Source: an uncultured Gammaproteobacteria bacterium
GTDB taxonomy: Bacteria; Patescibacteriota; Patescibacteriia; Magasanikbacterales; GWA2-37-8
Direction of reading: 5' to 3'
Length of the DNA stretch: 64,000 nt
Assembly: GCA_964540825.1 (NCBI GenBank)
Contig: CAZINT010000004.1
Span: 88,835 to 152,834 of the forward strand
Shown: positions 47,980-57,717 of the stretch, one piece after another
How the letters are laid out: each line of letters opens with the position of its first letter
Position numbering within the stretch: position 1 is the first letter of the stretch
The notes under the pieces: model-generated
What the model saw: the letters and a program-made list of their open reading frames with translations, nothing else
Told to the model about the DNA's origin: nothing
The model's database searches: none
Translations under genes and position numbers: made by a program

Positions 47980-48237
47980 ATGCCTAATAAGCAAAACGCC
48001 AAAAAAGCTTTGCGCCAAAGCCGCAAACATGCCGCTCTCAATAAAGTTCGTAAAGACGCCTTCAAAGATGCAGTTAAAAAAACACTCAAAACGTCTGGCG
48101 ACGAAGCTAAAAAATTAGCTCGCACTGCTCAGCAAGCCCTCGACAAAGCAGCCAAAAATGGTGTTATCAAAAAGAACACAGCTGCCCGCAAACTTTCTCG
48201 CCTCATGAAGAAAGTGAACGCGATGGCGAAGAAATAA
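47980..48237 (+). CDS. rpsT: 30S ribosomal protein S20
   Basis: 85-aa Lys/Ala-rich helical protein, MPNKQNAKKALRQSRKHAALNKVRKDAFKDAVKK typical S20; TTGACT-17-TATACT promoter upstream. Confidence 0.85.
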   Translation: MPNKQNAKKALRQSRKHAALNKVRKDAFKDAVKKTLKTSGDEAKKLARTAQQALDKAAKNGVIKKNTAARKLSRLMKKVNAMAKK

Positions 48238-48268
48238 GATTTCTGCTAAAATAGATCCTGAACGCATC

Positions 48269-49171
48269 GTGTGTTCAGGATTTTTTATTATGAACCAAAA
48301 GGAAGAAAATTTTTTTGAAAAGCTTGTAGCTCGAAAAATAACTTCTCGAGTAGTTGTTAAAGACTGGGCGGTCACACAAATTAACCGTGTCCTCGGTGAG
48401 CTTCGTGTCGAGCTTTTTAATCTATCATTTGATCCTCAACCTTTTCTTGAACCCGACTTTTCTCCAGACACCATTCCGCAAGGTGAGTGCGTTTCGTTCG
48501 CTCAAAACTTCGCCTTGTCAGAAAATGCAAGCCGCAAAGAAATTCGAGAGACTAATCGTAAAATTTTAGGCATTTTTACCACGCCTTTTTTTACTGAAAT
48601 GAGCAGCCAGAACACTAAGACTGTACTGGTTGAAAACAAAGACGGTTCACTCGAACATGTGGGCATACCCGAAGAAGAAAACAATTTTTTTGAACGAATT
48701 TTTCCACCCACCACATACCCCAATCTGTATCAGGATCTAGAAAAAGGGACGGCCAATATTCTTCAGGTGCTTTCAGAGCGTTTTCCGGAAACTGTAGGGC
48801 GGGTCATAGAGCATGCCAAATCTGAAGCTTTGTTTGAAAAAATTAATGATCTGTTAAAGACTACGTTTGAAGATACTATTGCCAGCATCAAACGAGGAAA
48901 ACGCTTTTTAGAAAAAACTAAAACCACCGCCTTGCGCGATATTAGCGAAGAGGAGCAGACTGCCGAACTAAAAAGTCAGGCGGAGTTACTTCTTAACGCT
49001 ATTTCGCACGATTTAGAAACAGCTATCTACCGCAAGACAGAAGAAATCGGTCGATCAGAAAAAGAGTTTGAAAAATTTTTTGAGCGAACGATCAGCAATG
49101 GACATCGCGAACACTTAGTAGAAAAACATTTCGCGACAAGCGAACACCGCCTGCTTAGCTGGCGGCAATAA
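48269..49171 (+). CDS. Hypothetical protein
   Basis: 300-aa acidic ORF, no recognisable motif. Confidence 0.45.
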   Translation: MCSGFFIMNQKEENFFEKLVARKITSRVVVKDWAVTQINRVLGELRVELFNLSFDPQPFLEPDFSPDTIPQGECVSFAQNFALSENASRKEIRETNRKILGIFTTPFFTEMSSQNTKTVLVENKDGSLEHVGIPEEENNFFERIFPPTTYPNLYQDLEKGTANILQVLSERFPETVGRVIEHAKSEALFEKINDLLKTTFEDTIASIKRGKRFLEKTKTTALRDISEEEQTAELKSQAELLLNAISHDLETAIYRKTEEIGRSEKEFEKFFERTISNGHREHLVEKHFATSEHRLLSWRQ

Positions 49172-50117
49172 ACCGATCAACCAATATTCCTTGATCTGCA
49201 AAACCAGTTTTCATTCCAAGGTCGATCTGCATAAGTTCGCGGTACCGGGCTTCAAGCTCGGCAAGTGAAAAACGCCTGGCAACTCCGGCGCTTTTTTTGA
49301 CTACAAATGGAGACAGGCCGAGCAGCTTGGCGATCGTGTCGGGCGAAGGATTATTTTCGCGCTCTTGGCAGTCTTTGATCTCAAGTAAAATTTTAAATTG
49401 GCGCACGAGCATATTAAAAATAAAACCTTCTTCTTGGCCCTCGGCGCGCTGCGCCATAAGAAGGAGAAATGCTTTTTTGGTATTACCTTCAGCAACCGCA
49501 TCGATCGCATTAAAAATCGTTTCCGATCCTTTTTGGTCTAAAAATAAAGCGACGTCCGGCTGCTCTATACGAATACCGTTTTTGTAAGCAACTAACTGAT
49601 TAAGGAGCGAATGTAAAAGCCACATTTCACCGCCGATATTTTGAGCCAGATAGCCGGCTGCAGCCGGAGAAATACTGCCGCTGCGTTTTTTACATTCTTG
49701 ATCGATAAAAGCCTGGAGTTTACTTCCGACAAGCAGCGGAAATTCTTGAACATATTTTTCCTTTTGCAAAAGCGCCTGTAACTCTTTAACTTCTTTTACT
49801 TTACTGAGGGGTTCTGCTTGCCAAAAGAGCACGGCGGTTGAATCCGGAATTTTTTGAGCTTTGATACGCTCAATGATTACGGCGAGCAGGGTTTTGTCAG
49901 AACTTGATAGAATGTTGTTAATAAGCACCATGCGGCGTTCGGCCAAAAAAGGGGCGGCCAAAAGCCCGTCCATAATTTTTCCTAAAGATTCTTTGGCGCC
50001 ATCAAGCTCGGCCACATTGTAACCGGCCGGATCGCGCGCTTTTTTAAATTTTTCGATCTGTTCTACGGCGTAAGCACGACTGCGAAACGTATCTTCGCCG
50101 TACACGTAAATAATCAT
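49155..50117 (-). CDS. holA: DNA polymerase III delta subunit
   Basis: MIIYVYGEDTFRS... N-terminal delta fold signature, ~320 aa. Confidence 0.7.
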   Translation of the reverse strand: MIIYVYGEDTFRSRAYAVEQIEKFKKARDPAGYNVAELDGAKESLGKIMDGLLAAPFLAERRMVLINNILSSSDKTLLAVIIERIKAQKIPDSTAVLFWQAEPLSKVKEVKELQALLQKEKYVQEFPLLVGSKLQAFIDQECKKRSGSISPAAAGYLAQNIGGEMWLLHSLLNQLVAYKNGIRIEQPDVALFLDQKGSETIFNAIDAVAEGNTKKAFLLLMAQRAEGQEEGFIFNMLVRQFKILLEIKDCQERENNPSPDTIAKLLGLSPFVVKKSAGVARRFSLAELEARYRELMQIDLGMKTGFADQGILVDRFIAAS

Positions 50118-50302
50118 ACTTTTTTACTCTTTGAAGGCATGGTTAAAAACTATCATATACCCAGATACCATGGAAGGCAATGGTTAAAAATACTTACGAG
50201 CGGTGCTCAGCGTTATTTTTTATGCATTCGTGCTATTTTTAAAATTTAACAATTATACCCAGTGTGCTATACTTCGCTTACTTTTAGTATTGGCATCTTT
50301 CT

Positions 50303-51535
50303 ATGGAACAACCAGCCTGGCAAACAGACATTTTAATACTCGGAGCAGGAATTGGTGGTTATGAAACCTTTCGCACCCTCGCCAAGCTGCTCAAAAGAAG
50401 CGGCCTACCACAAAAAATTACCATTGTTGACCACAACAACTATTTTACCTTCACACCAATGCTTCATGAAGTGGCTTCGGGCTCAATTGAACCAAGTCAT
50501 TGCACTATTCCACTCAGAGCACTAACGTACGGAACGCCGCACACATTTCTTAAAACGCGAGTGCTTGAGGTCAGGCCGGCTGAAAAAACAGTTATAACTG
50601 AAAATGGCCCTATCACGTACGGTTACGTTGTTATCGCTTTAGGTAGCGGCGTTAATTACTTTAATACTCCAGGGGCAGCTGATTATACCTATACAGTACG
50701 CACCCTGCCTGCAGCCATAGAGCTGCACAAAGATCTTATTGCTGCTTTTGAAGCGGCAAACGGGCCGCTGACGCTCACTGTTATCGGCGGAGGATATACC
50801 GGCATTGAAACAGCGGGGCAACTGCAATACCTTATTAAACACGACCTTATCAAGCTCTACCCAAAACAACAGACAACCCTCCGTGTTATCGAAGCCGGGC
50901 CGACCATTCTAAGTATTCTGCCGGAAAAAGTTCAAACTCGAATAAAACGCCATCTGATTAGAAGCGGCATAGAATTGTCGGAAGGGCGTCCGGTAAAAAC
51001 AGTTTCAGAAACTGCTCTTACCCTGAGTGACGGACAAGAGTTCGCGAGCGATTTTACCATCTGGTGTGCCGGCATAAAAAATCAGGCGGACGCGTATATT
51101 AACGCACCCTACCAAGAAAACGGCCGGGTGCTCGTAGATGAATTTTTACAATCCCCGGTCGATCCAACGCTGTATGCAGTCGGTGATATTGCCCGCTTCT
51201 GCAATCAGGGTAGCACCCTACCTGCCCCGCAACTTGGCGAAGCGGCCCACAAAGAAGGCGGTTATGTTGCAAAACATATTATAGCGAGCATTCAAAAGAA
51301 AAAAATTAAACCCTTCTCATTCACTTCTCGCGGAATGCTTATTCCGGTCGGAGATTGGTATGGGGTCATGGTCTCGGGCTCGTTGATTCTTTTTGGGCCA
51401 ATTGCCTGGTGGATACGACGTACAGCGTACCTTTTATTTATGCCCGGTTTTCTCCGAAAACTCAAAATCGTCGTTGATTGGACCTTGCATGCATTAAGTT
51501 TTCGCTATATAATCGACATTGAAAGTAAAAAATAA
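50303..51535 (+). CDS. ndh: Type II NADH dehydrogenase (NDH-2), FAD-dependent pyridine nucleotide-disulfide oxidoreductase
   Basis: ILGAGIGG dinucleotide fold at N-terminus, second GGGYTGIE Rossmann motif, C-terminal membrane-anchoring helix. Confidence 0.8.
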   Translation: MEQPAWQTDILILGAGIGGYETFRTLAKLLKRSGLPQKITIVDHNNYFTFTPMLHEVASGSIEPSHCTIPLRALTYGTPHTFLKTRVLEVRPAEKTVITENGPITYGYVVIALGSGVNYFNTPGAADYTYTVRTLPAAIELHKDLIAAFEAANGPLTLTVIGGGYTGIETAGQLQYLIKHDLIKLYPKQQTTLRVIEAGPTILSILPEKVQTRIKRHLIRSGIELSEGRPVKTVSETALTLSDGQEFASDFTIWCAGIKNQADAYINAPYQENGRVLVDEFLQSPVDPTLYAVGDIARFCNQGSTLPAPQLGEAAHKEGGYVAKHIIASIQKKKIKPFSFTSRGMLIPVGDWYGVMVSGSLILFGPIAWWIRRTAYLLFMPGFLRKLKIVVDWTLHALSFRYIIDIESKK

Positions 51536-51559
51536 CGTATTTATTTTTAATCTATTGGT

Positions 51560-52123
51560 ATGACGTGTTCACATGCTTCAAAGTGTTGCCCTGCTATGGC
51601 CCCTATCGGACTTCTCGCCCTGCGCGTTGCTGTAGCCGCCGTATTTGTCTACATGGGCTACAACAAATTGTTTGTTAACACGGGCATGACCATACAAATG
51701 TTTAACGGCCTTGGTTTCCCGGCCCCATCTTTTTGGGCATACTTGATTGGCCTCGCTGAACTAGTCGGTGGACTCATGGTACTTTTGGGTGTGTTTACAC
51801 GTATTGCTGCCGGCTGGCTCGCAATCATTATGGTAGTCGCGCTCCTTGCCGTACATGTTAAGGGACCCTATATGGCTGCCCTCTTGCCAATCATGATGCT
51901 CGGCGCATCGCTTGCACTCGCTGGTGTTGGGGCTGGACGATATCGCTTGGTACAAATGGAATGCCCATGCCCTAAATGCCGCGCCGCCTGTAAAGACGGC
52001 TGCGCTGACGGAAAGTGTGGTGACAAGATGGACGGCGCAATGATGCGCGGCTGCTGCGGACCGGACGGCAAATGCAAATGCGGCGACACGATGACGCAAA
52101 AGGATGAGGGAATGAAAAAATAA
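51560..52123 (+). CDS. DoxX-family membrane protein with Cys-rich C-terminal tail
   Basis: Four TM helices typical of DoxX, then CPCPKCRAACKDGCADGKCGDKMDGAMMRGCCGPDGKCKCGD. Confidence 0.7.
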   Translation: MTCSHASKCCPAMAPIGLLALRVAVAAVFVYMGYNKLFVNTGMTIQMFNGLGFPAPSFWAYLIGLAELVGGLMVLLGVFTRIAAGWLAIIMVVALLAVHVKGPYMAALLPIMMLGASLALAGVGAGRYRLVQMECPCPKCRAACKDGCADGKCGDKMDGAMMRGCCGPDGKCKCGDTMTQKDEGMKK

Positions 52124-52127
52124 ACTA

Positions 52128-52160
52128 AACGCAAAAAACCACCGAGCGTCGGTGGTTTTT
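52128..52160 (+). terminator. Rho-independent terminator
   Basis: AAAAAACCACCGAGCGTCGGTGGTTTTTTT. Confidence 0.7.
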
Positions 52161-52178
52161 TTATTACGAATATATATA

Positions 52179-53246
52179 TTATTTTTTAATAGCGCTTTGA
52201 CCCTCCGCCTGCGCTCGTCGAATCATCGCTTCAACTTCGGGCGCTGCATTCACAAACGGTATCTCCACATCGGGATGAAAATTTTTGTACACCCGGAAAA
52301 TTTCATCAGCAAAACCCTGGCCGATAAATTCGACACGGTTGAAATCAAGGACAATGCGTTTGAACTCATCAAGACCAGCCAAAAGCCTTCGCGCTTGTGA
52401 GCGCGAGACAAAACTGTCTTCCATTGTGTAAAGCTCAACCTTAATTTCCGTTTTATCAAAGCGCTGTTCGCTGTTGGTAAACTGATTAAAGACGTCTTGA
52501 ATCTTCTTTTGACTTGTCAGATTAATCAAAAAACCAACCAAGGTACCCATGCGTTGACGATGCGGCTTAATAAAAAAATCAGGAATTGTATTGTCTACCA
52601 ACACTTCGGTCTTACTGCTGATAATCCAAAACTTATCGGCCATTTTGGAGGTGAAAAAAATACCCTGGCCCGAGTGCGTCGCTGGCATCGTGGTTTGTTT
52701 ACCTTTAAAAATATCCTGGGCCGCTTCGATATCACTCGCCAGGTTTCGTTTTTGCCGAACATTGTGAAAAATACCGATACCGTGATCAACAATTTCAAAT
52801 GAAAAAGTTTCTTTATTCGCGCGGACTTCAATTTCGATTCGAGGTGATTCAGAATGTTCAATGGCATTATTAAGCATTTCTGTAAATCCGTGTTCGACAA
52901 TTCGGGCCACATCTTTAGCAAGATGTGCGCCTTGAAAGAATGAAGAGTTTTTGAGTTCGGCAAAGAGAGCCGACTCGCTAAGGTTGGTATTTTCAAGGCG
53001 ACGGCGCCACGCCGCTTCACCCGGGAGAGCTATCCGCCCAACTTGTTCAAAGGGGACATAGCGCACATTGTTGGTTTGCCCCACACGAGCAATTTTTTGG
53101 CCTGTAATAAGCCTGTTTAGCACAACAACCACCGACTGTTTTGACAGTCCGGTTAAAGCGCTCACTTCCTTTGCCTGTATTGAGCCTTTTTCGGTAATTT
53201 GATCTAAAATACGGGTTTCGAGATTCATACACCTATATACTACCAA
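52179..53246 (-). CDS. HTH + GHKL-type ATPase (anti-sigma-factor-kinase-like) + STAS-like/DUF4325 C-terminal domain protein
   Basis: N-terminal HTH (SALTGLSKQSVVVVLNRLI), HATPase_c motifs (EMLNNAIEHS, IVDHGIGIF), C-terminal STAS-like region. Confidence 0.55.
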   Translation of the reverse strand: MVVYRCMNLETRILDQITEKGSIQAKEVSALTGLSKQSVVVVLNRLITGQKIARVGQTNNVRYVPFEQVGRIALPGEAAWRRRLENTNLSESALFAELKNSSFFQGAHLAKDVARIVEHGFTEMLNNAIEHSESPRIEIEVRANKETFSFEIVDHGIGIFHNVRQKRNLASDIEAAQDIFKGKQTTMPATHSGQGIFFTSKMADKFWIISSKTEVLVDNTIPDFFIKPHRQRMGTLVGFLINLTSQKKIQDVFNQFTNSEQRFDKTEIKVELYTMEDSFVSRSQARRLLAGLDEFKRIVLDFNRVEFIGQGFADEIFRVYKNFHPDVEIPFVNAAPEVEAMIRRAQAEGQSAIKK

Positions 53247-53332
53247 AATTTAACTAACTTGTCAAGATATAAATTAACTTGTCAAGCTACTTGTCAAGTA
53301 AACAAACAAGAAAAAACCGCTTATTGTAGCGG

Positions 53333-56038
53333 TTATTTTTCCATTTCACCCCAGTTTTGCCCGGTCTTAAGGTCAGCGCGCACCGGAACTTTGAGTTTAA
53401 CAACGTTTTCGAGTGTTTCTTTGAGTAATTGTCCGACTTCTTTTTCCAAACCCTTTTTAACCTCGACAACCAATTCGTCGTGTACTTGGAGGATCATTTT
53501 CACATCACTCCCATATTTTGAAGTATGAAGCTTTTTATGCACCTCGATCATTCCCATTTTCATAAGATCAGCTGCCGTTCCCTGCACCGGGTGGTTCACG
53601 GCCATACGTTCACCGGCCGCGCGCAGCTGATGGTTTTTGCTGGCCAGTTCCGGAATATAGCGGCGGCGACCAAAGAGTGTTTCAGAGTAGCCTTCTTTGG
53701 TGGCAAATTCAACTGTGCGGTCCAAATATTTTTTCACCCCGCTAAATTGTTCAAAATATTTTTCAATAAATTCTTTGGCTTGCCAATACGGAATGCCGGC
53801 GCGCCACGATAGGCCGTGCGTGCCCATACCATACAGCACACCGAAGTTTACTTCTTTGGCTGCGTAACGCATTTCTTTGGTAACATTTTCCAAAGAAACA
53901 TTATTAATGGCAGCCGCTGTAGCCTGGTGAATATCGAGGCCCTCGGAAAAAATTTCAATCATGCGCTTGTCTTCAGCGAGCGACGCCACAATGCGCAGTT
54001 CAATCTGGGAATAGTCAGCGCTAAGTAAAACATTTCCTTTTTCTGCTACAAAGGCAGTGCGCACTTCGCGCCCCAGTTCGGTGCGTACCGGAATATTTTG
54101 CAAATTCGGATCAGTGCTTGAGAGCCGGCCAGTTGCAGCAACGGTTTGGTTGTAGGTGGTGTGAATTCGACGTGTCGTCGGATTCACCAAAGTTGGCAAC
54201 ACATCAATATAGGTATTTTGCAATTTACTGAGTTCACGGAATTCCGAAATTTCATCAATGATGGGGTGAAGTCCGCGCAGCTTCTCGAGTTCTTCGGCCG
54301 ACGTCGATAAACCGGTTTTGCCTTTTTTAATTCCTTCTGCTGGAATGTTCATTTTTTCAAACAGCACTTCGCGGAGTTGAATAGGGGAGGCAATATTAAA
54401 TTCTTCGCCGCTCTGGTCATAGATTTTCTTGGTACACACGGCGAGCGCTTTCACTGTTTTTCGGGAAAGCTCAATGAGACGTTCGGGGTCAACCGCTACA
54501 CCGTTCAATTCCATTTCCGCGAGTACACTACTGAGCGGTATTTCAATTTTTTCCATGAGCCCATAATCGTCAATCGCTTTCAATTCACGCGACAATTCAG
54601 GCACGGTTTCACTCAGTAAAAATAATTCATGCGCAAGTGTCTTGGTATCAACACCAAACAAACTTTCTTGGCCGCTGCCGGCCAAGAGCTCTTTCCCAAG
54701 AACCTTCAGGACCACGCTTGCCGGATCGTGTGCGCGACTGCCCGGGTGAAGCAGGTACGACGCGATCATGACATCGAATAATTTATTTTTAATTTCAATG
54801 CTGTGAATGGCGGCAATTTTTAGCAGCTGTTTAAGATCATGTCCGTTTAGCGTCAATTGGGGGTTTGCAAAAACCACTTGAATATTTTTAAAAAGATTTT
54901 TGGGAACAAAATAACCATGGTGGTCAACAACAAACAACGCTCCGACAAACGTGCTTGCAAAAAAATCTTTGCCCATTACGACCAGACGGGCGGCAAAACT
55001 TCCTTTCTCCGTTATATGTTCAACTAAAGTTTTTACTTCTGCCGCCGAAACTACCTCAGCATACTCAAGCGTTTTGGTTTGTTTTGCCCGTGCCACTATA
55101 GGCGACGGTGAAGATTTTTTTTCTTCAGTTACCGCCGGATTACCTGCAAAGTCTGGCAGGCGTTTAAGAAGCGAAATAAATTCAAATTTTTGAAACAGGG
55201 CGATTATTTTTTCTTTATCAAACGGTTTAATGCTGCAGTCGGTTACTGAAAAATCTAGTTTTGGAACAGAACAATCAATCGTAGCTAGATAATAACTCAT
55301 TTCGGCGCTCTCGCGTCCTTCTGTTAATTTTTTCAGGATTCCTGGTTTAAAATCCGTGTGGATCGCGGAAGTGGGTTTGGCCAGCTCTTGATAAATTTCT
55401 TTAATGCCGCCGATTTTTTGAATGAGTTCGGTCGCAGTTTTTTCACCAATCCCGGGAACACCTGGAATATTATCCGACGTGTCACCGCGCAGAGCCTTGT
55501 AATCGACAATCATCTCTGGACCAAAGCCGTAACGCGAGCGAACTTCGGCCGGATCATACACCACAATATCATTAAGGCCTTTTCGGAGCGTGTAGATCTT
55601 GACGTGGTCATTCACGAGCTGGAGCGTATCCATATCACCCGACACAACATATACTTCTGGTTTTTCTTTAGAAGCGATTGCTTCTTTGGCAAGCGTACCA
55701 ATAACATCATCGGCTTCAAATCCTTTTTTTTCAAAAATAGGTATTCCAAACACTTCAACGATCTGGTGCACGAGCGGAATTTGATCATACAGATCTTGAT
55801 CAGCTTTTACGCGCGTGGCTTTATATTTTTCAAACTTTTCGTGACGAAAGGTTCCGCCGGCCATATCAAAAGTTACGGCCAAGTATTCAGGCTTAAGATC
55901 TTTCCAGACCTTGAGCAGCATGGAAACAAAACCATAGACCGCGTTTACCAAAACACCATCTTTGGTAGTAAGCGGAGGAATGGCGTGATACGCGCGGTGA
56001 ACTATGGCGTTACCGTCGATAATGACAAATTTTGACAT
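53333..56038 (-). CDS. polA: DNA polymerase I
   Basis: 5'-3' exonuclease domain (MSKFVIIDGNAIVHRAYHA), 3'-5' exo-like domain, C-terminal family-A polymerase motifs (DYSQIELR, QVHDELV). Confidence 0.95.
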   Translation of the reverse strand: MSKFVIIDGNAIVHRAYHAIPPLTTKDGVLVNAVYGFVSMLLKVWKDLKPEYLAVTFDMAGGTFRHEKFEKYKATRVKADQDLYDQIPLVHQIVEVFGIPIFEKKGFEADDVIGTLAKEAIASKEKPEVYVVSGDMDTLQLVNDHVKIYTLRKGLNDIVVYDPAEVRSRYGFGPEMIVDYKALRGDTSDNIPGVPGIGEKTATELIQKIGGIKEIYQELAKPTSAIHTDFKPGILKKLTEGRESAEMSYYLATIDCSVPKLDFSVTDCSIKPFDKEKIIALFQKFEFISLLKRLPDFAGNPAVTEEKKSSPSPIVARAKQTKTLEYAEVVSAAEVKTLVEHITEKGSFAARLVVMGKDFFASTFVGALFVVDHHGYFVPKNLFKNIQVVFANPQLTLNGHDLKQLLKIAAIHSIEIKNKLFDVMIASYLLHPGSRAHDPASVVLKVLGKELLAGSGQESLFGVDTKTLAHELFLLSETVPELSRELKAIDDYGLMEKIEIPLSSVLAEMELNGVAVDPERLIELSRKTVKALAVCTKKIYDQSGEEFNIASPIQLREVLFEKMNIPAEGIKKGKTGLSTSAEELEKLRGLHPIIDEISEFRELSKLQNTYIDVLPTLVNPTTRRIHTTYNQTVAATGRLSSTDPNLQNIPVRTELGREVRTAFVAEKGNVLLSADYSQIELRIVASLAEDKRMIEIFSEGLDIHQATAAAINNVSLENVTKEMRYAAKEVNFGVLYGMGTHGLSWRAGIPYWQAKEFIEKYFEQFSGVKKYLDRTVEFATKEGYSETLFGRRRYIPELASKNHQLRAAGERMAVNHPVQGTAADLMKMGMIEVHKKLHTSKYGSDVKMILQVHDELVVEVKKGLEKEVGQLLKETLENVVKLKVPVRADLKTGQNWGEMEK

Positions 56039-56064
56039 GGGGCGATTGTAGCAAAGTAAGAACT

Positions 56065-56117
56065 AAGCAGCGTAGGCAGAACAAATTTTTAAACTACTTG
56101 TTCTGCCTACGCTGCTT
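56065..56117. repeat. Perfect 20-bp inverted repeat with 13-nt loop in divergent polA / tRNA-Cys intergenic region
   Basis: AAGCAGCGTAGGCAGAACAA-atttttaaactac-TTGTTCTGCCTACGCTGCTT. Confidence 0.8.
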
Positions 56118-56209
56118 AATCTGCCTAAAACTTATTTCTTTATACCATACCCGGCCCTTGAAATGAAGTATGGCCTATGGTATCCTAAGTGCGTCTTTCT
56201 TATCCCCAG

Positions 56210-56284
56210 GGCCTGGTAGCCAAGTAGTAAGGCAGGAGTCTGCAAAACTCTTATGCGCGGGTGCGATTCCCGCCCAGGCCTCCA
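56210..56284 (+). tRNA. tRNA-Cys (anticodon GCA), CCA encoded
   Basis: GGCCTGG/CCAGGCC acceptor, anticodon loop CTGCAAA, T arm GCGGG-TGCGATT-CCCGC, discriminator T. Confidence 0.85.
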
Positions 56285-56313
56285 CACGGAGCACAAACAA
56301 ACGTTTGTGCTTT

Positions 56314-57633
56314 TTATTTTACATACCCCAGCGGGTTGACCCGTACCCCACCAACGATAACTTCAAAGTGCAGGTGAATACCGGTGATACCGCGCACATT
56401 ACCGGTGTTGCCCATAAGCGCAATGGTTTGACCCTGCTCAACACGCTCGCCTACGGAGACAAGCAGTTTGGAAGAATGTCCATAAAGGGTCTTAATACCA
56501 CCGCCATGATCAATGATGATTTCACAGCCATAGCCGCTATTCCAGCCACACTGAGACTTTTCAACCGTACCGCCCTTCGCGGCATAGGTTGGGGTAGCAA
56601 ACGGACCAGCAATATCAATAGCGTGATGAGTATACCCAAAGTATTGCGTAATAAGGTGGGCGCCCGACGGCCAAACAAACCCTGAAGCACCAGCGGACTG
56701 ACGGGACGATGGGGGAACAGCCACCTTGCCGATTGTTCCGGTTGTGCGGGGCACTTTTGCAACCACCTGGGATTCTGGTTTGACACCATCAGGAACCATA
56801 ATCAATTCACCAGCCTTAAGGTCGGTTCCATCGGCTTTTAGCTTGTTAAAACCAACGATATCTTCTTCTTTGGCTTGGTAGAGACTAGCGATCTTTTTAA
56901 GTGTGTCACCGCGTTTTACGGCGTGCATTACACCAGTTGTCGGCGGAATTTTAAGCGAGTCACCGGGGCGGATAACCGACCTAACGCCCAAATTATTTTG
57001 CCAAAGAATGGTTGCAACGCTTACACCAAAGTCATAAGCGATGCTGCTCAGCGAATCACCGGATTCAACAACATACGTTTCAACTTCACTACGGCGACCA
57101 CCCAGTGCTACGCCCGGCATGATAGCGGGTTTAGACAGTGCCGTGCCACCAGCCATAATGGCTGCAAAATCCTGATTTGGAACAAACGCTGTACCCATGC
57201 TCGGCAAAATCTCACCGTTTACTACCCCCTCACGCCACGAACTATTGGACGGATTGTATATAATGGCGTCAGCATTTTCTTCTTCAACACCTAAAATTTC
57301 TTCGGGGGCGGTCAGCGCAAAAGCAATAGCCTTTTGTCCTGGCAAAAAAAGGTCTTTTTGAGCATAGAGTTTAGTTTGGGGAAATGCGATAAAAAATAGT
57401 ACAGCTAAGCCAAAAATTTGGAGCAGCGTACGCTTAAGCAGCAGTGCTCGCACGCGATTAAGGCCGCTTTTTTTAAGAAAATAGGCAACTTTATACCTAA
57501 TAAAGAGTACGCTGCGCCCAATTACACCCACAAATCTGCCTAAAACAAAAGAAAATCCGGTACCAAGCCACCAGAAAAAGCGCTTAACAAAGATAAGAAT
57601 GCGTAGCGTGCGAAGCCACAAACCGTATTTCAT
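56314..57633 (-). CDS. M23 family metallopeptidase with LysM domains (peptidoglycan DD-endopeptidase-like)
   Basis: N-terminal TM, two LysM repeats (GDSLSSIAYDFGVS..., GDTLKKIASLYQAK...), C-terminal HxxxD...HLHFE M23 motifs. Confidence 0.85.
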   Translation of the reverse strand: MKYGLWLRTLRILIFVKRFFWWLGTGFSFVLGRFVGVIGRSVLFIRYKVAYFLKKSGLNRVRALLLKRTLLQIFGLAVLFFIAFPQTKLYAQKDLFLPGQKAIAFALTAPEEILGVEEENADAIIYNPSNSSWREGVVNGEILPSMGTAFVPNQDFAAIMAGGTALSKPAIMPGVALGGRRSEVETYVVESGDSLSSIAYDFGVSVATILWQNNLGVRSVIRPGDSLKIPPTTGVMHAVKRGDTLKKIASLYQAKEEDIVGFNKLKADGTDLKAGELIMVPDGVKPESQVVAKVPRTTGTIGKVAVPPSSRQSAGASGFVWPSGAHLITQYFGYTHHAIDIAGPFATPTYAAKGGTVEKSQCGWNSGYGCEIIIDHGGGIKTLYGHSSKLLVSVGERVEQGQTIALMGNTGNVRGITGIHLHFEVIVGGVRVNPLGYVK

Positions 57634-57717
57634 AGTTTTGCTTGACTATTTGAAGAGTTTACCATAGTATAGGGGGCAAATCAATCTATTTTTAAGCTTT
57701 TAATCTTAAGTAATGCT

